From Vulcanimicrobiota bacterium (lineage in GTDB: Bacteria; Vulcanimicrobiota; Vulcanimicrobiia; Vulcanimicrobiales; Vulcanimicrobiaceae): a DNA stretch of 64,000 nucleotides. The stretch's first letter is position 1. Every line of letters starts with the position of its first letter. The translations under genes and the position numbers were made by a program. The stretch spans positions 736,001 through 800,000 of the forward strand of contig CAVZQC010000004.1 in NCBI GenBank assembly GCA_963777315.1. The letters are read 5' to 3'. The notes below the pieces were generated by a model that did not search any database, was not told the origin of the DNA, and saw nothing but the letters and a program-made list of their open reading frames with translations. Below, in pieces: positions 1-9,491 of this stretch.

Positions 1-444
1 AACGGTTTGACCCTGCCGCTGCTGATCGCGGGTCCCGTTTTGGCAGCGCATGCGGGTTTTTGGGCGTTCGCCGCTTCGCTGGTGTTCGCACTGGCCGTGC
101 TCGTCGCGGGCACCATGCTGCACTCGACGGGTTTGGTCGGCGGCGGCGACATCAAGCTGATTGCCGCCGTATGCGGACTTATCGGGTTTTCCGGCGGCCT
201 GCAGCTGCTGCTGTACACGGCCGTATCGGGCGGCGTGCTCGCAATCGTTTACTCCGCATGCACCGGCAAACTGCCCGCCGTGCTCGCACGCACGTTTTTC
301 GGATTACACGCCTTGGCCGTGACCGGGTCGGCGCGGCTGACGCCTTCAAGCGCTAAAATTCCGTATGCCGTCGCAATTGCGGTCGGCCTGCTCATCGACT
401 TCGCGTCTCTGACGCGCTTTCCGCAATTGAGGTTTATGCCGTGA
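1..444 (+). CDS. cpaA: Prepilin peptidase CpaA/TadV (A24 family), 5'-truncated by window edge
   Basis: Frame is open from base 1 (NGLTLPLL, like the typical IPNxLT motif); GGGDIKL catalytic Asp motif; C-terminal IPYAVAI; directly upstream of cpaB. Confidence 0.88.
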   Translation, partial: NGLTLPLLIAGPVLAAHAGFWAFAASLVFALAVLVAGTMLHSTGLVGGGDIKLIAAVCGLIGFSGGLQLLLYTAVSGGVLAIVYSACTGKLPAVLARTFFGLHALAVTGSARLTPSSAKIPYAVAIAVGLLIDFASLTRFPQLRFMP

Positions 445-1316
445 CGCGCAACAAAAAACCACTGCTGATCATCATCGCCGCCGTTTTGGCGGGCGGTGCT
501 GCCCTGACCGCTTTCGACTACATGTCCACGGGCAACCGGCACGCGCCTGCGGCTCCGCCGCGGGCGGTCATCGTGGCAGCTCGGGCGATCAGCGCGCGCG
601 AAGCAATCACCAACTCCATGCTGGTAACGATCACCCGGCCCTCGGACGCGGTCGATCCGGGATCGTTTTCTTCTTCGGCTGCAGTTGCGGGCGACGTCGC
701 GCTCGCGGACATCCCCGCCGGCGCGGCGCTGACGTCCTCCAACGTGACGCGCGCGTCCAATTTGCCGTCCGCCGTACATCTGACCGACGGAATGCGCGCA
801 ATGAGCATCGCGGTCGACGAAGTCAAGGACGTTTCCGGGCTGCTCGAACCGGGGGATCACGTCGACGTCTATGCCGTCACGGCGCGCTCCACCAGCGAAC
901 AGCCGCGCGCGTTTGCGATCCTGCGCAACATCGTCGTGCTCGGCGTGGGCGGACAAGTCGCCGGAACCGAAGCCACGCCCGGACCCCAAAGCATGCAATG
1001 GCGTTCCGTTACGCTGCGCGTAACGGCCGATCAGGCGAAAACGCTGGCAGTCGCCGATCTGAATTCGACGCTTCGTCTGGCCCTGCGGCCGCCCGACGAG
1101 TCGACCAAATCCGAACCGCAGGACGCGTTCTTCGTGCCGATGCAAAGCGGTCCGTCGATGCCGTCCGCGCCCGCGCCGGCGGCTGCGCCGCCGATGCCCG
1201 CGCCCGCAGCGCCTGCAGGCGCCGGAGCTGCGCCTCCGCCGGTGCGGCATGCGGCGCCCACGGACGGCGTGCAATACATCTTGGGAGATCGCGTCGAAGG
1301 CAGCGGTTCGCGCTAG
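441..1316 (+). CDS. cpaB: Flp pilus assembly protein CpaB (SAF + RcpC domains)
   Basis: N-terminal TM segment; VIVAARAI SAF-like start; GMRAMSIAVDEVKDVSGLLEPGDHVDV; LRLALR; Pro/Ala-rich tail. Confidence 0.93.
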   Translation: MTRNKKPLLIIIAAVLAGGAALTAFDYMSTGNRHAPAAPPRAVIVAARAISAREAITNSMLVTITRPSDAVDPGSFSSSAAVAGDVALADIPAGAALTSSNVTRASNLPSAVHLTDGMRAMSIAVDEVKDVSGLLEPGDHVDVYAVTARSTSEQPRAFAILRNIVVLGVGGQVAGTEATPGPQSMQWRSVTLRVTADQAKTLAVADLNSTLRLALRPPDESTKSEPQDAFFVPMQSGPSMPSAPAPAAAPPMPAPAAPAGAGAAPPPVRHAAPTDGVQYILGDRVEGSGSR

Positions 1317-3383
1317 ATGTCGATGATTCTCTTCGTCATCGGCGCCAAGGGCGGCGTTGGAACGACGACGCTCGGCATCGACCTCGCAAAGCGCCTATCC
1401 GAAAAGCAAACGGCGCTGCTGGTCGACGGCGACCTTTCCGGCCGGCGAAGCATCGCCTCGATCTTCAACCGCTTTGCCGCGTTGGACGAGCGCCGGGCAG
1501 TCGACGGATTGGGCGTGGCGGCGCTCACGCAAAATCTCACGCTGCTGGAAATGGCGGCCAGCATTCACGAAGGCTTTACGATCAAGCCCGAACGCATCGA
1601 CGAGTTCTTCGTCAGTGCCGCCGAGCATTCCGAGACGATGATCGTCGACGCGCCGCAGCCGTTTGCCGCCGCGGTGCGCCCGTTCGCGGTTCGGTCCGCC
1701 GGCTTCATCCTGATCGTTCAGCCCACGCTCTTGGGCGTAACCGGCGCGCGCGCGATGCAACTGGAGATGCAGAAATTCGGCGTGCCGCCAAATCGCATGA
1801 TCTTCGTCTCATCCGCGCTGATGCCCAAGCCGGAGATCTCGGCAAGCGACATCGAACGCGCTCTGGGCATCGGCATCGTGACGGACATTCCGCCGAGCAC
1901 GGATCGGCGGTACGAGCGTTCGATGCAGACGCTCGGGGAGGCGATTCGCGCACTCCCGCCTTCCGAAACGCTGATTCTGCGTCCGTCGGCCAGCACGCCT
2001 TTGGGGGAACGGCGTTTGGGCCCGCGCGGACCCAAACCCGAAGACGCGTTTTCCGATAAGCGCAGCGCCGCGCCGGCCACGCTGCAGCGTGGCCAGCGTG
2101 ACGAACTCAAAGCGGCAATTCATGCCGAGCTGTCGCGGCGCGTGGATTTTGCCGCCATCTCCGGTTCGGATCAACTCAAAATCGACGAAGTGCGCAACGA
2201 AGTCGAAGCGACGGTCGCCGAATTCGCAGCCAAGCACGAGAACGCCGGCAGCGCCGAGCAGATCGCGCGGCTGCGTCAGGAGATCTTCGATGAAGCTTTG
2301 GGCTACGGGCCGCTCGAGGACTTGATGCGCGATCCGGCCATCACCGAAGTCATGGTTTCGGGGCCGAACAAAATTTACGTCGAACGCGAAGGCCGTTTGG
2401 AAAAAACCAGCAAGACATTCGTCGACGAGCGTCAGCTGCGCTTGGTCATCGAGCGCATCATCTCACCGCTCGGGCGGCGCATCGACGAATCGATGCCGAT
2501 GGTCGACGCGCGTCTGCCCGACGGCTCGCGCGTGAACGCGACGATCGAGCCGCTGACGCTCGACGGATCCACGCTCACGATCCGGCGCTTCGGAAAGCGC
2601 CGCCTCAACGTCGAGGATCTGATCTCGCGCGGTTCGCTCATGCCGGCGATGGCCGACTTTCTGCGAGCCTGCGTCGAAGCCCGTTTGAACATCGTCATCA
2701 GCGGCGGAACCGGTTCGGGTAAGACGACCCTGCTCAACGTGCTCTCGCATTTCGTGCCCACTCACGAACGCATCGTGACGATCGAAGATGCCGCCGAGCT
2801 GTATTTGGATCAAGACCACGTCGTTCGCATGGAAGCCCGGCCTCCCAACGTCGAGGGCCGCGGAGAAATCCGCATACGCGACTTGGTGCGCAATGCGCTG
2901 CGCATGCGCCCGGACCGCATCGTGGTCGGCGAGTGCCGCGGCGGAGAGGCGCTCGACATGCTCCAAGCGATGAACACCGGCCACGACGGTTCGCTGACCA
3001 CGGTTCACGCCAATACGCCGCGCGATTGTCTCTCGCGCATCGAAACGATGGTTCTGATGGCCGGCTACGATATTCCCGTGCGCGCCATTCGCGAACAGAT
3101 CGTCAGCGCGGTCGACCTGGTCATTCAAGTCTCGCGGACCCGCGACGGCACGCGCAAAGTGACGAGCATCAGCGAGGTGATCGGCATGGAAGGCGACGTC
3201 GTCACGATGCTCGACCTGGTCCGCTACCAGCAGCACGGCGTCGACAAAGAAGGCTTGACGATGGGCAACTTCGTGTTTACCGGCGTGCAGCCCCAATCGA
3301 TGACGCGCTTTGCCGAATACGGCGTCACGTTCAATTTGGATCGCCTGAACGAAATGCAGCTGGCCGTCGCGTACTCGGCATGA
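1317..3383 (+). CDS. cpaF: Fused CpaE/TadZ-like (MinD/ParA P-loop) and CpaF/TadA pilus assembly ATPase
   Basis: N-terminal [10 protein letters not shown] and LLVDGD; C-terminal [18 protein letters not shown], Walker [34 protein letters not shown]. Confidence 0.92.
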   Translation: MSMILFVIGAKGGVGTTTLGIDLAKRLSEKQTALLVDGDLSGRRSIASIFNRFAALDERRAVDGLGVAALTQNLTLLEMAASIHEGFTIKPERIDEFFVSAAEHSETMIVDAPQPFAAAVRPFAVRSAGFILIVQPTLLGVTGARAMQLEMQKFGVPPNRMIFVSSALMPKPEISASDIERALGIGIVTDIPPSTDRRYERSMQTLGEAIRALPPSETLILRPSASTPLGERRLGPRGPKPEDAFSDKRSAAPATLQRGQRDELKAAIHAELSRRVDFAAISGSDQLKIDEVRNEVEATVAEFAAKHENAGSAEQIARLRQEIFDEALGYGPLEDLMRDPAITEVMVSGPNKIYVEREGRLEKTSKTFVDERQLRLVIERIISPLGRRIDESMPMVDARLPDGSRVNATIEPLTLDGSTLTIRRFGKRRLNVEDLISRGSLMPAMADFLRACVEARLNIVISGGTGSGKTTLLNVLSHFVPTHERIVTIEDAAELYLDQDHVVRMEARPPNVEGRGEIRIRDLVRNALRMRPDRIVVGECRGGEALDMLQAMNTGHDGSLTTVHANTPRDCLSRIETMVLMAGYDIPVRAIREQIVSAVDLVIQVSRTRDGTRKVTSISEVIGMEGDVVTMLDLVRYQQHGVDKEGLTMGNFVFTGVQPQSMTRFAEYGVTFNLDRLNEMQLAVAYSA

Positions 3384-4240
3384 ACCTGGTTCTTCCGGTC
3401 TTCGTCGTTCTAGGCGTCGGCGGTGCGGTCGCCGTTACGTTCTTTACGTACTGGCGCAGCGTGGTGCGGGTCATCGCGCAGCTCATGGAGCCCTATCGCA
3501 CGGGCTTGGAACGTGCCGCGATCCCGGTAAAATCCGAGGAGTTGGCCTTCACGGTTCTGGCAGTGGGAACCGTTCCGTGGGGAATCATCACGGCATTTTG
3601 GCATCCGACGCCGCTGCTGAGCGTCGCCATTCTCATCATCACCCTGAGCGCGTCGTTCTTCACGACCCGGGCGTGGATCAATCGTCGCGTCGTCAAACGC
3701 TTGGTGGAGTTCAACAATCAGCTCGAGATGGCGCTGCGCCTCATCGCAGGCGCGATGCGCGTCGGCTTGGGGATGCGCCAGGCGCTGATCAGCGTCGTTA
3801 CCGACATGCCGGATCCCGCCCGCGTGGAATTCACCCGCGTTCTGAGCCAGACGCAGATCGGCGTGAGTTTGTACGACGCGCTCGATCAGCTGTGCGAGCG
3901 CATGCCGTCGAGTGAAATGGAGATGATGGCCAACGCCGTTCGCCTGCAAAGCCAGACCGGCGGCAACCTCTCGCGAGTTTTGGAAAATTTGGCCGCGACG
4001 ATCAAAGAGCGCCGCCGCCTGTCGCGCAAGATCCGCGCGCTGACCGCCGAAGCGCGGGCAACCAAATACATCATCACCGCGCTTCCCGTTTTCGTAGCGG
4101 TTTTCGTCATGGCGGTCGAGCCCGAAATGCGCGAAGGCTTGCTCGATACGATGATCGGCCGGGTATGCTTGCTGATCGTTGCCGGGCTGCTTTCCGTGGG
4201 ATGGTATCTTTTCAACCTCATCTCGAAGATCGACATCTGA
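3380..4240 (+). CDS. tadB: Tad pilus inner-membrane platform protein TadB (T2SS F family)
   Basis: ATG at 3380 overlaps cpaF stop (ATGA); FNNQLEMAL...GLGMRQAL, QTGGNLSRVL, IRALTAEAR. Confidence 0.9.
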   Translation: MNLVLPVFVVLGVGGAVAVTFFTYWRSVVRVIAQLMEPYRTGLERAAIPVKSEELAFTVLAVGTVPWGIITAFWHPTPLLSVAILIITLSASFFTTRAWINRRVVKRLVEFNNQLEMALRLIAGAMRVGLGMRQALISVVTDMPDPARVEFTRVLSQTQIGVSLYDALDQLCERMPSSEMEMMANAVRLQSQTGGNLSRVLENLAATIKERRRLSRKIRALTAEARATKYIITALPVFVAVFVMAVEPEMREGLLDTMIGRVCLLIVAGLLSVGWYLFNLISKIDI

Positions 4241-5091
4241 TGAACATGCTATTCTTCATGGGCGCGTTTGCGCTCGGTGCCGGCGGCCTGGGATACTACG
4301 CCATGCAGTCGGGCAATAGCGATCTGCGCGATCGCGTGGCGGCAATGGATGCGGCGGCGGGCATGTCCAAAAAGGACGAAAACTCCACGCTGCTGCGCCG
4401 CTTGCTCGACGAGCGGCGGGCGAACGCGCTTTCCGTCAAGCTCCAGGAGGCGGGATGGTACCATCTCACACCTCAAAAGCTCTTCGCGCGCTCGTTCGCC
4501 GGCATGGGCATAGGCGCCGGGGTCGGCGTACTGGCGATGCTGTACTTTCATCGCATTTCGCCGGTGTATATCGGGCTATGCTTTGCTTTGGCAGCGTACG
4601 GCGCGTATGCTCCCTACGCCTCGATGCACCGCACGATCGACAAGCGCAAGATGAGTATCCACCGCGAGCTGCCCGACTTTTTGGACGTGCTGGCAACGAC
4701 GGTCGATGCCGGCATTGCGCTCAACGGTGCGCTCTCGGCGGCGTGCGACGGGCTGCATGGGCCGTTCGGTGAAGAAATGCGCGCAGCGCTGCAGGACATT
4801 CGGCTGGGGCGATCGCGTGCAGACGCGCTCATGGCGCTCGCGCAGCGCGTGCGCGAACCGGACTTGACCACGACGATGGTTGCAATCGTGCAGTCCGAGC
4901 GCTTGGGCGCGAGCATCACCGAAGTGCTGCAGCAACTGGCGGCCGAAACGCGCGAACGCCGCACGCTTCGCGCCGAAGAGATCGCCGCTCAGCTTCCCAA
5001 CAAACTGGTGTTTCCGGTCGGCCTGTGCATGCTGCCCGCGCTGCTGCTGCTGATTTTCGGCGCGGTCGTCGCCAAACTGATCAACAAATGA
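4240..5091 (+). CDS. tadC: Tad pilus inner-membrane platform protein TadC
   Basis: TGATG overlap with tadB; ELPDFLDVLA, GRSRADAL, RAEEIAAQLPNKLVFP. Confidence 0.9.
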   Translation: MNMLFFMGAFALGAGGLGYYAMQSGNSDLRDRVAAMDAAAGMSKKDENSTLLRRLLDERRANALSVKLQEAGWYHLTPQKLFARSFAGMGIGAGVGVLAMLYFHRISPVYIGLCFALAAYGAYAPYASMHRTIDKRKMSIHRELPDFLDVLATTVDAGIALNGALSAACDGLHGPFGEEMRAALQDIRLGRSRADALMALAQRVREPDLTTTMVAIVQSERLGASITEVLQQLAAETRERRTLRAEEIAAQLPNKLVFPVGLCMLPALLLLIFGAVVAKLINK

Positions 5092-5696
5092 TTGCCGCCA
5101 TCCTGTGCGCGGTCGTGTTCGCATGTTCGGCTGCGTGCGGAATCGCACTCGCGCAGGTGCTGTGCGCCGACGTTGCGCCGCTCGACGGAGCACCCGAACC
5201 CTCGCGGCTATCGCCGGCAGTGCCGATTGCGGCTTTCAGCGTGCTTGGCGTTATCGTGGCGCTGCGCGGAGCGCCGCCTTTGCAGCTCGGACTCATTGCC
5301 CTCGTGGGCATCCCATTGGCCGGAAGCTGGTACGCGGACGCAAAGAAGGGCCTCGTTCCCGACGTTTTCACCATGGCGCCGCTGGCGCTGATCGCGATCG
5401 CGGTACTCTTGCATCACACGTGGTTCGTTGCCGTGTCGGCGGCGGTTACCGGCGGCGCGTTCGGTCTGGCGGCCCTGTTGTCGCGTGGCCGCGGCATGGG
5501 CTGGGGGGACGCGAAGCTGGCTGCCGTAGCGGGCGCGCTGCTCGGGTTGCCGTGGTCGCTGGGCGTTCTCGGCATCGCATGCTTTGCCGCGACGCTTGTC
5601 TCCGTCGTGCGCAACCGCGGCACGCAGCCGATAGCCTTTGCGCCGTACATCGTGGTATCGGTCCTGATCGCCGTGGCGATGACCGTCCACGCCTAG
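5088..5696 (+). CDS. Second prepilin peptidase (A24 family)
   Basis: ATG at 5088 overlaps tadC stop; multi-TM; D...LVPD and GMGWGDAKL motifs; IAFAPY C-terminus. Confidence 0.85.
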   Translation: MIAAILCAVVFACSAACGIALAQVLCADVAPLDGAPEPSRLSPAVPIAAFSVLGVIVALRGAPPLQLGLIALVGIPLAGSWYADAKKGLVPDVFTMAPLALIAIAVLLHHTWFVAVSAAVTGGAFGLAALLSRGRGMGWGDAKLAAVAGALLGLPWSLGVLGIACFAATLVSVVRNRGTQPIAFAPYIVVSVLIAVAMTVHA

Positions 5697-5859
5697 TGTC
5701 CTGAGTCAGAAGTCCGTTGACTTTCTTCCGCAGTCTTTTCCCTTGCTGCGTTGTTGCTCCTCGGTTACAACGCTACGGCGTTGCGCCCTCCTCGCGCCTA
5801 GCAGCAAGGAAAAAATCCAAGCGGAAATAATGCCATCAACTTCTGACTCAGGACACTAG
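5693..5859. mobile_element. Non-autonomous MITE, IS630/Tc1-like (161 bp between TA duplications, CTAG at both ends)
   Basis: Perfect 21-bp inverted repeat CTAGTGTCCTGAGTCAGAAGT (5693-5713) / ACTTCTGACTCAGGACACTAG (5839-5859); imperfect complementarity continues inward; no transposase ORF. Confidence 0.8.
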
Positions 5860-5871
5860 AGATTCCGCGGT

Positions 5872-7359
5872 TTAGGCTGAAGCGCGAACGTCGACCATCT
5901 CGCCGGCGGCAGCTAGCGGGCCGCGTTCGACGGAGATCGTTCGCAGCAGATGCAGCACTTCGCCGAACGTTCGGCGCAGTTCCGCGGCCAGCTCTTCCTG
6001 CCCGCATTGCGGCATCCCGACGAGCAGATCGCCCCGGTACAGTTCGCGAGCGCGCTCGAGATGGAAGAGCACGTAGCGGTTGGCGCGCTGCGCATGTCCG
6101 CCCCGTGCCGCATTGACGTGCCCTTGAAACTCGGAAAGGTCGGTGATGACGTTTTGAATGACCACCGCCAAGTCGTCTTCAGAGCGAAAGTACGCATCGG
6201 TGCCGGCCTGCCCGACGACTCTGCGCAGCGCTCGGCGAATGTTGCTGCAGGTCGTGCGTAAATTTTGCGCAGCCACGTGGCTTTCTCGGCCTTGCCAGAA
6301 GATCTCCATCACTTCGCGCCGCTTCGCGCTGCCGTCGGCCTTGAGCAGCAGATATTTGAAGACTTGAGCGTCCTTGCGGCGGATCCACTTCACCGGAACG
6401 CCCGCGATCGACACGCGCAGCTCGCCGAACAACTTGGCAACCATCGGGGCCGCTGCGGCCGAATTGCTCGAACGCACGCCGGCGGAGCGAAACGCACGGC
6501 CTACGGCGGAGAGTACCGACGGCGCGTCATTTTCGCGCACGACGAACAGCCCCTCGCGCTCCCAGGCGGCGAGATCTTCCGAAGACATCGAGCGGTTCTC
6601 TTCCAATGCGGCGATGAATTGCGAACCGCCGCGCAGCCGGCGCGCTTCGCCGGCGACGAAATCGGTAAACGCTTTGGCGGATTCCTCTTCCCAAATCGTG
6701 AGCGCCGCGCGCAGCGGCGCTCGTCTCCGCAGCGCGGCATGCAGTGCTCCGCTCACGACCATCGGCCAGCCCTGCGTTTGGCGGACAAACTCGCCGGCAT
6801 CGGCGGCTTGCGCGTCGACGTCCATGAGGCGGCACAGCGCGAGCGTTTCGCTTTCGTCGAACGCCAGTACGTTCCAGTCGACGATCTCGGCCGTGGCGTC
6901 GCAGAGCCAGCGCGGCTGAACGACTGCGTGCGCCGAACGCGCACAGAGCGTTACGCTGACCGTACGCTCCAATGACGCGCAAAACGCCTGGATCGCTTCA
7001 CGCCCGGAAGCGCCGGCGAGGTCCGCATCGTCGATGACGACGTTCGAGATGCCGGCCCGCTCCACCGCGTCGAGCGCACCCTGCAGCGATGCGGGCATGG
7101 CCGGCACGCCGGCCGCGCACATCAATTGCACGAATACCGCCGTGGCGTCGTCGCCCGCGTTCAGACGAACGTATCTCCACGCGCCGCCGGACGACAGCAC
7201 GCCCTGCGCGGCCAGGGTGGATTTCCCAAAGCCGGCCGGCGCGCAAATTGCCCATACGCGGTGTTCGCGCCGCATGCGGTCCAGTAAACGCGGACGGTCC
7301 AAATTGAACGCCGGCAACCGGGAAAGCCGCCCCGGAGCCGAACGCGCGAAAGCGCTCAT
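5872..7359 (-). CDS. MalT-like AAA / winged-helix / BTAD-like transcriptional regulator
   Basis: DRPRLLDRM...APAGFGKSTL, VIDDAD, TQGWPM (MalT-type N-terminus); LFGELRV, VFKYLLL, NLRTTCSNIRRAL, ELYRGDLL (SARP/BTAD-like). Confidence 0.75.
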   Translation of the reverse strand: MSAFARSAPGRLSRLPAFNLDRPRLLDRMRREHRVWAICAPAGFGKSTLAAQGVLSSGGAWRYVRLNAGDDATAVFVQLMCAAGVPAMPASLQGALDAVERAGISNVVIDDADLAGASGREAIQAFCASLERTVSVTLCARSAHAVVQPRWLCDATAEIVDWNVLAFDESETLALCRLMDVDAQAADAGEFVRQTQGWPMVVSGALHAALRRRAPLRAALTIWEEESAKAFTDFVAGEARRLRGGSQFIAALEENRSMSSEDLAAWEREGLFVVRENDAPSVLSAVGRAFRSAGVRSSNSAAAAPMVAKLFGELRVSIAGVPVKWIRRKDAQVFKYLLLKADGSAKRREVMEIFWQGRESHVAAQNLRTTCSNIRRALRRVVGQAGTDAYFRSEDDLAVVIQNVITDLSEFQGHVNAARGGHAQRANRYVLFHLERARELYRGDLLVGMPQCGQEELAAELRRTFGEVLHLLRTISVERGPLAAAGEMVDVRASA

Positions 7360-7429
7360 TTACCTACAGTATCGGCACAATCGCCGAAGGGCCGCAGGCA
7401 GACCATTTGGCTCACGCGCCGTCGGCATT

Positions 7430-7456
7430 TGAGCCCCTCGCCCGATATGCCGATAG
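7430..7456 (+). promoter_or_regulatory. Candidate sigma28-type promoter (TGAG-N15-GCCGATAG)
   Basis: -10 GCCGATAG at 7449-7456, 7 nt before ATG 7464; weak -35. Confidence 0.45.
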
Positions 7457-7463
7457 TATCTTC

Positions 7464-9491
7464 ATGATGCCGCTCTTTACAGGCCGCAGCAGTTTTGAAC
7501 GCGTGCTCTTCCAGGAGCACCCTGCCGCAATGTGGATTTACGATCCGCGCACGTTGCGCTTTCTGGACGTCAACGATGCCGCCGTAGCACTGTACGGATA
7601 TTCCAGAAGTGAGTTTCTCGAGAGCACGATAGATCGGCTCACGCCGCTGGAAGATCTGACTTCGCATGCCGAGCGCCCTTATGCGCGTCATCGCACGCGC
7701 GACGGACGCACGGTGCGCGTGCAGCTTCACGATCGCCTCGTGCAGTACCGCGGGTCGAATGCCGCGCTGGTGACCGCGCACGAGATCGGCGTGTTCGCCG
7801 AGGCGCAAGAACGGTTGTCGGTGAGCGAAGCTTCCCTCGCGCTCGTGCAGCAGCTCGCGCACGTCGGCACGTTCAGTTACGATCGACGCAGCGGCCAACG
7901 CTACTGGTCCGAGGAAACGTACCGCATCCTTGGCATCGAGCGCGGCGTCCCGCCGCTGCTGGAAGGGTTTTGGGCATTTTCGCACCCCGAAGATGCCGAC
8001 GTCCTGCGGTCGGAAGTGCTGCGCGCGCGTTCGCAAGGACGCCCGTACAGCATCGACCACCGCATACTGCACGCGGACGGCTCCGTGCGGCACGTGCACG
8101 AGCACGGGCAATGGGAGTACGACGACCGCGGCGAGTGGCAGTTCTTCTCCGGCACGCTTCAAGACGTTACGGATCGCGTGCGCGCCGAAGCGGAAATTCG
8201 CCATCTGGCATATCACGACTCGCTCACGAACTTGCTCAACCGTTCCGGGCTCATGGCGCGCCTAACGTCCACTCTGAACGGAAGCTCGCCCGAAGCGCTG
8301 ACCGCGATCATCCTGTTCGATCTGGACCGTTTCAAAACGATCAACGACACGCTGGGTCACCGCGCGGGCGACGAAGTGCTCGTTGCGATCGCCCAGCGTC
8401 TGCGCAGCCGCCTGCGTGATGCAGAGCTGCTGGCTCGCACCGGCGGGGATGAATTCGTAGCGGTCGTACCTGCCGGCACCGACCGGCTGAGCATTTCGTT
8501 GCGGGCCGAGCACCTGCTGCAAGCCTTCCGCACGCCGTTCATCGTGGGCAGCTATCCGTACACCATATCCGCGAGCGTCGGCATCAGCGTTGCTCCGCTG
8601 GACGGATCCAACCCGGACGATTTGCTGCGCAATGCCGACGTGGCGATGTATCAGTCCAAGGCGTACGGCAAGAATCGCTTCAACTATTATACGACGGAGC
8701 TGCAAAGCATGGCGGCGCGCCGTTTCGATCTCGAGCGGGGTCTGCGCAGAGCTTTGGATCAAAACGAGTTCGCGATGCATTACCAGCCGGTGGTCTGCGC
8801 GCGAAGCGGGCAAGTCAAGGCGGTCGAAGCGCTCCTGCGCTGGCAAAACCGCGATCTGCAGCCCACTCCGCCGGGCGAATTCGTCGAGTTCGCCGAGGAG
8901 ACCGGCGTCATCGAAGAGATCGGCGACTGGGTGTTCGAAACGACGTTCGCGCAAGCCAAGCGATGGTCCGAGCAGGGAGTCGATCTGCGCGTTTGGGTCA
9001 ACGTATCGGCGATCCAGCTGCACGCCGGTCTGCCGTCCAAGGTCCGCGAGCTGCTGGCCAAGTACCGGATCGAGCCCGACGTGCTCGGCTTTGAACTTAC
9101 CGAGAGTTCCTTCATCAACGCCAACGCCGAAACGATGTCGATCCTGCGCGAGATCAAGTCGATGGGGATTCGACTTGCGCTCGACGATTTCGGAGTCAAG
9201 TACTCATCGTTGGAATACCTGCAGCGGCTGCCCATCGACACGGTCAAGATCGACCGGATCTTCGTCACCGGCGTGGGTTCGAACCGGGTGAACCGAGCCA
9301 TCATCGGCGCAATCGTGAACATCGCTCACGAGATGCGCTTCAACGTGAGCGCCGAAGGGGTGGAAACGTTCGAAGAACTCGAAACGATCCGATCGCTGGG
9401 CTGCGACACGTGGCAAGGCTTCTTCTGCAGCACGGCCAGGACGCCGGAAGAGATCGCACCACTCGTCGAGGCGGTCAAGGAAGTCGTCTAG
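7464..9491 (+). CDS. PAS-PAS-GGDEF-EAL diguanylate cyclase/phosphodiesterase
   Basis: PAS (FLDVNDAAVALYGY; YWSEETYRILG); AYHDSLTNLLNR, TGGDEF; VEALLRW, ALDDFG, TVKIDRIFV, AEGVE. Start 7464 preferred over TTG 7407. Confidence 0.93.
   Translation: MMPLFTGRSSFERVLFQEHPAAMWIYDPRTLRFLDVNDAAVALYGYSRSEFLESTIDRLTPLEDLTSHAERPYARHRTRDGRTVRVQLHDRLVQYRGSNAALVTAHEIGVFAEAQERLSVSEASLALVQQLAHVGTFSYDRRSGQRYWSEETYRILGIERGVPPLLEGFWAFSHPEDADVLRSEVLRARSQGRPYSIDHRILHADGSVRHVHEHGQWEYDDRGEWQFFSGTLQDVTDRVRAEAEIRHLAYHDSLTNLLNRSGLMARLTSTLNGSSPEALTAIILFDLDRFKTINDTLGHRAGDEVLVAIAQRLRSRLRDAELLARTGGDEFVAVVPAGTDRLSISLRAEHLLQAFRTPFIVGSYPYTISASVGISVAPLDGSNPDDLLRNADVAMYQSKAYGKNRFNYYTTELQSMAARRFDLERGLRRALDQNEFAMHYQPVVCARSGQVKAVEALLRWQNRDLQPTPPGEFVEFAEETGVIEEIGDWVFETTFAQAKRWSEQGVDLRVWVNVSAIQLHAGLPSKVRELLAKYRIEPDVLGFELTESSFINANAETMSILREIKSMGIRLALDDFGVKYSSLEYLQRLPIDTVKIDRIFVTGVGSNRVNRAIIGAIVNIAHEMRFNVSAEGVETFEELETIRSLGCDTWQGFFCSTARTPEEIAPLVEAVKEVV

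Noticed and set aside
1150..1262. Pro/Ala-rich repeat-like DNA at the end of cpaB
   Set aside because: Ordinary low-complexity linker coding sequence.
2933..3379. Upstream extensions in the ORF track (tadB, M16 peptidase, tsf, rffA, PhyH, flgN and others)
   Set aside because: They overlap neighbouring genes; internal starts with stop/start coupling or family-typical N-termini were used.
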